39,005 nucleotides of DNA from Candidatus Nomurabacteria bacterium (lineage in GTDB: Bacteria; Patescibacteriota; Minisyncoccia; Phycocordibacterales; UBA9973), in the NCBI GenBank assembly GCA_009695015.1, contig SIBT01000001.1, positions 1 through 39,005 of the forward strand. Reading direction: 5' to 3'. The notes beneath the pieces were generated by a model. It saw only the letters and a program-made list of their open reading frames with translations. It was not told the origin of the DNA and did no database searches. Every line of letters begins with the position of its first letter. The first letter of the stretch is position 1. The position numbers and the translations under genes were made by a program. Shown here piece by piece: positions 35,324 to 39,005 of this stretch.

Positions 35324-35815
35324 TTAATAGCTACCTCGCAATACAATTGTATTATAAAAATTAACAGTTCGATTCAATGCATCATTTTTTGACCTGACTG
35401 TTAATAACATTTTAACAGCTTTTCCTTTTACTGTAGTCATCGGTGTAAAAGATAAAGTAGTTACAACTATGTTTGGTGTATTTAAATTTCCAACCAAGAC
35501 ACCATTTTCTAAGTAATTGATATCTGTGCCAGAAAGTACAAATTCGATAGTTCTATTCGGATCAGCAGCCCCCATAGTTGCACTTGGATCATCAGAGCTC
35601 AAATCATAAGACCCTCTGATTTCTCTAGACATTCTTTCCATAATCGATCCACTTCGCAATAATTCAGCTTGTATCATAGTCTCTCTAAATGCATGGGTCA
35701 TAATGATCATCGAATTGATCACAACTAGAGACAAAACAGCGAAAAAAGAAATATAAAAAAGAAGTTCCAAAATTACATAACCATTCTTTTTATTTTTTAT
35801 ATAAATTTTATTCAC
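35324..35815 (-). CDS. Prepilin-type N-terminal domain protein (PilW/GspJ-like minor pilin)
   Basis: Class III signal KNKKNG|YVILELL with Glu at +5. I place the start at the GTG at 35815, 7 nt after the upstream stop; the ATG at 35878 in the track overlaps the upstream gene. Confidence 0.7.
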   Translation of the reverse strand: MNKIYIKNKKNGYVILELLFYISFFAVLSLVVINSMIIMTHAFRETMIQAELLRSGSIMERMSREIRGSYDLSSDDPSATMGAADPNRTIEFVLSGTDINYLENGVLVGNLNTPNIVVTTLSFTPMTTVKGKAVKMLLTVRSKNDALNRTVNFYNTIVLRGSY

Positions 35816-35822
35816 GATTAAT

Positions 35823-36299
35823 TTATGAAAAAATGTCAATAATATAAAACTGCAAAGTCTTGGTGACTGTGGTACCACCTTCCGACCAAAAAACTGTAAC
35901 AGTGACTAATTTAGTTTGAGGATCATCTACTCCAGCAGAAGATATATCTTTTGTTGTATTGTCACGATTTACATTTGCTATAGTTATTGTACGTGTAAAA
36001 ATTCCGGAAGTATTAGCTACAGCAGACAATGTCCAAATACCCCCTGAAAAAATAGGATAATAATTTACACCAAGAGTCAAACTAGAAATGTTGCTCCATG
36101 CATTATCGCGCACTATACGCACCGCTTCTGCGCCTTCTTCCAACAAGAAAGCAGCTTGACTTGTATGAAAAGCTTGGCGAGAAACAAAAATAGATTTTTG
36201 GGCAACTGCCGTCGCAGTCAAAACTGAAACAGTAATAATAGACGCCGCTACTAGTATTTCAACTGCCATGAATCCTCCGTTTTTAAAAATTTTTTTCAT
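35823..36299 (-). CDS. Prepilin-type N-terminal domain protein (PilV/GspI-like minor pilin)
   Basis: MKKIFKNGG|FMAVEILVA with Glu at +5. Confidence 0.8.
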   Translation of the reverse strand: MKKIFKNGGFMAVEILVAASIITVSVLTATAVAQKSIFVSRQAFHTSQAAFLLEEGAEAVRIVRDNAWSNISSLTLGVNYYPIFSGGIWTLSAVANTSGIFTRTITIANVNRDNTTKDISSAGVDDPQTKLVTVTVFWSEGGTTVTKTLQFYIIDIFS

Positions 36300-36318
36300 A
36301 GCTCTATCTAATCACCAC

Positions 36319-36786
36319 TTAATTTACACTCATGGCGCCTGTTGCAGAAATTGTAATAATTTTCACATAATTTGTAGTGGAAAGAGTTATCGTGCCAGTA
36401 GTATTCGGAATTCCAGAAAGACGATTGAAATACACATCACCCGAAATCCCACTCACGCCACCAAAAGTAATATTTGAAATAATAGCTCCAGCAGTGATGC
36501 CCATGATTTCGTTATCTGACGCACCGACAGAAAAAGCTATACCTTTAAAGATTATAACTTGATCAGATTGAAAATGCACTCCGTAAGAAGAAGAATTCAC
36601 TGATGCTAAGGTTTGCGAGTGTGCTTTATTTAAACTAGATAAAATATCACCTACAGTACTTTTAAGCACTTGGAGTTCTCTTGTTTTGGAAAATTGTGGG
36701 ATGACAACTGCAAATATAATACCGAGCACCACAACAACAATTAACAATTCTACCGCGCTAATCCCTTTTTGGTAAGAATGTTTCAT
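36319..36786 (-). CDS. Type IV pilin-like protein (FimT/GspH-like, or the major pilin)
   Basis: MKHSYQKG|ISAVELLIVVVVLGIIFAV with Glu at +5. Confidence 0.8.
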   Translation of the reverse strand: MKHSYQKGISAVELLIVVVVLGIIFAVVIPQFSKTRELQVLKSTVGDILSSLNKAHSQTLASVNSSSYGVHFQSDQVIIFKGIAFSVGASDNEIMGITAGAIISNITFGGVSGISGDVYFNRLSGIPNTTGTITLSTTNYVKIITISATGAMSVN

Positions 36787-36825
36787 AATTTCATTATATC
36801 ACTTTTAATTACGAAACTCATGAAA

Positions 36826-38043
36826 TCACCCAATACTTCCTAAAATTGAATAAAGTGGAGAAATCATCGAAATAGCAAAAAATCCGACCCCGGCCCCAAT
36901 AACAATCATCAAAAGGGGTTCAATAATCGTAGAGAGATTTTTGGTTTTATTTTCAATTTCTGTTTCGTAAAATAAAGAAATTTCAAGCAACATGTCTGAC
37001 AATTTTCCAGTTTCTTCTCCAACTTGAATCATTTCTGACATCATTACCGGATAAAGATTATTATTTGCCTCAAAAACTTGAGAAAATGGAGCCCCTTTTT
37101 CTATTGCGACTTTGGCTTCGTCTAAGACTTTTTTGTAGTAAATATTTTGCACCACATCTCCAGTGATCTCTACTGCGCGAGTTATAGGAACTCCTGCCAA
37201 CAAGAGTGAGGATATAGTGCGAGTAGTACGAGCAGTATTTAATTCTTTGGCCATAGTGCCGATAACTGGCATTTTAATAATAAAAAAATCAATATATTTG
37301 GCCATAAATTTAGCCCGAAAAAGAAAGTAACCGCCGACAGCTATACCGACAATAAGTACGAAAGTTAGTATCAAATTGTTTGAAAAGAAATTACCAAAAA
37401 AAATAAGAACGCGGGTCGGGAGAGGTAAGGTAACCCCAAGCTCTTTAAAAGTGTTAGCCAAGGTGGGCACAACAAAAGCAAACATCAAAACACCTATCAC
37501 CACCATCGCGGACAGAATTACTCCCGGATAAATAAGCGCCCCCCGCACTTTCTTGGTTAAAGAATGCGCTTTCTCTAAATTTAAACCTATTTCTGCAAGC
37601 GTCCCGGCAAGGTTCCCTGACTCTTCGCCAGCTTTCGTCATTGATATAAAAAGTTTTGAAAAAACATCGGGAAATTTAGAAAGTTCCGACGATAATGTCC
37701 CTCCAGAACTTATGCCCTCAGAAAGAGACACTAAAATATTATCAAGTTTAGGATTCTTTGTTTGTTTTTTTAAAATCGACAACGCTCGATAAAGCGAGAG
37801 CCCAGCTTTGAGCATTCCACTTAAATTTTTTGTGAAAATAATTTGTTCAGAAATTGAAACCCGAGAAAATATATTCTTCGTGAAAGACAAATCGCTCATA
37901 AAATCTTTGCGTTTTGTGGTTATTGATATTGGGATAAATCCGCGACTCCGGAGATCATGAGCGCCGGAGATACGATCCTTGGCATCGAGTACGCCTTCCG
38001 TTATTGTGCCCTCTTTTGATTTTGCTTTGTATAAAAAAAACAT
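36826..38043 (-). CDS. pilC: Type IV pilus / T2SS platform protein PilC (GspF family)
   Basis: Two T2SSF repeats, three TM segments, length 405 aa. Lies immediately downstream of the ATPase gene. Confidence 0.92.
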   Translation of the reverse strand: MFFLYKAKSKEGTITEGVLDAKDRISGAHDLRSRGFIPISITTKRKDFMSDLSFTKNIFSRVSISEQIIFTKNLSGMLKAGLSLYRALSILKKQTKNPKLDNILVSLSEGISSGGTLSSELSKFPDVFSKLFISMTKAGEESGNLAGTLAEIGLNLEKAHSLTKKVRGALIYPGVILSAMVVIGVLMFAFVVPTLANTFKELGVTLPLPTRVLIFFGNFFSNNLILTFVLIVGIAVGGYFLFRAKFMAKYIDFFIIKMPVIGTMAKELNTARTTRTISSLLLAGVPITRAVEITGDVVQNIYYKKVLDEAKVAIEKGAPFSQVFEANNNLYPVMMSEMIQVGEETGKLSDMLLEISLFYETEIENKTKNLSTIIEPLLMIVIGAGVGFFAISMISPLYSILGSIG

Positions 38044-38078
38044 TGATATAAAGCTTCTTTCTATTTTTTAATAAACTT

Positions 38079-39005
38079 CTACTCCGAAACAACACGAAAT
38101 ACTTCTTCTAAAGTGGTCACACCTAAAACTGCTTGAAACACTCCATCTTCAAGCATCGTCATCATCCCCTCTTTTTTTGCTTGTATTTCTATATCATCCT
38201 GCGAACTCCCCTTGACGATCATCTCCTTTATGGTACTAGTTACTTTGAGCACTTCATGCATTCCAATACGATTTGAATAGCCGTCTTCAAACTCACTGCT
38301 CTTGACTGCTTTATAAAAAGGAATTTTATCAAAAGTATCTTCTACACCTATAATTTTTTCAGTTTTTAAGAACTCTAACACTCTATCTAGATCAACAATT
38401 TTTGCTAAATTTGTTATTTCAGCAGGTGATAAAAAGTATTGTTCTTTGTTTGCAGTAAGTCTGCGCACCAATCTTTGCGCGATGATTGTCTTGACTGTGG
38501 CAGTTATTAAAAAAGGTTCGACGCCCATATCTATGAGTCTAGGTATTGCGCCAGAGGCAGAATTTGTGTGGATGGTCGAGAGAACTAAATGTCCTGTGAG
38601 CGAAGCATTTATGGCAAGACTTGCCGTCTCTCTATCGCGAATCTCTCCCACCATCACTATGTCTGGATCTTGACGCAAGAGCGACCGGAGACCATTAGCA
38701 AAAGTAAGTCCGATCTCTGGCTTTACTTGTGTCTGGTTAACTCTCGGCATCTGATACTCGATCGGATCTTCGACTGTAGAAATATTAACTTCCGGTTTAT
38801 TTAAAATATCGAGCATCGTATAAAGTGTAGTGGTCTTTCCACTCCCGGTCGGACCCGTCGCGAGTACCATTCCTGTCTTTTGCAAGAGTGACGCATGGAT
38901 ACGCTCCAAACCTTCTCCGTGAAAACCAAGCGTCTCGAGAGAAAATCCATGCGTATTTTCTTTTAAAATTCTCATTACAGTTTTTTCTCCAAAAAAAGTT
39001 GGCAA
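38079..39005 (-). CDS. pilB: Type IV pilus assembly ATPase PilB/GspE (N-terminus lies beyond the window)
   Basis: GEKTVMRIL, Walker A GPTGSGKTT, Asp box, Walker B DIVMVGEIRD, His box GHLVLSTIHTN, RLIDMGVEPFLI. The ORF is open at the window edge. Confidence 0.93.
   Translation of the reverse strand: MPTFFGEKTVMRILKENTHGFSLETLGFHGEGLERIHASLLQKTGMVLATGPTGSGKTTTLYTMLDILNKPEVNISTVEDPIEYQMPRVNQTQVKPEIGLTFANGLRSLLRQDPDIVMVGEIRDRETASLAINASLTGHLVLSTIHTNSASGAIPRLIDMGVEPFLITATVKTIIAQRLVRRLTANKEQYFLSPAEITNLAKIVDLDRVLEFLKTEKIIGVEDTFDKIPFYKAVKSSEFEDGYSNRIGMHEVLKVTSTIKEMIVKGSSQDDIEIQAKKEGMMTMLEDGVFQAVLGVTTLEEVFRVVSE

Overview
This is a compact, AT-rich, almost entirely housekeeping window, read in the standard genetic code (TGA is used as a stop). 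About 30 of 35 genes lie on the minus strand. The content suggests a reduced-genome bacterium of the Patescibacteria/CPR (Parcubacteria-like) type; this is inferred from gene content and style, not from any search. Plus strand, left end: ftsK, a small membrane protein, recA, efp. Minus strand, in order of decreasing coordinate:
- a type IV pilus block: pilB (truncated at the window edge), pilC, three prepilin-like genes, and a 586-aa PilX-like protein
- tpiA, pgk
- recJ, rnhA
- the comEC channel gene
- (sod on the plus strand)
- a separate ComEC-type MBL gene
- glyA, tmk, dut, argS
- a Pif1/RecD-like helicase and a 126-aa orphan
- ileS, recO, a 649-aa surface protein
- glyQS, an M16 peptidase, an AI-2E permease, metG, tatD
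- rpsF-ssb-rpsR

No rRNA, tRNA, transposase or CRISPR array is visible.

Most notable observations:
1. The IleRS carries an in-frame histidine-phosphatase (RHG/SHG, PGAM-like) domain of about 190 aa inserted between the two Cys pairs of its Zn knuckle. It also has no recognisable HxGH signature.
2. This ileS is preceded by a clear T-box leader with an AUC(A) specifier. The specifier appears to sit in a short terminal hairpin loop. The terminator U-tract abuts the start codon.
3. There are several unexplained structured DNA/RNA elements: a 100-nt hairpin cluster inside a coding region, a 94-nt rod-like hairpin upstream of glyA, and a CRISPR-repeat-like solo hairpin.
4. ComEC is split, with a divergent SOD gene lying between the halves.
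5. EF-P lacks Lys34.

Every functional call rests on motif recognition by eye. No database search was run.
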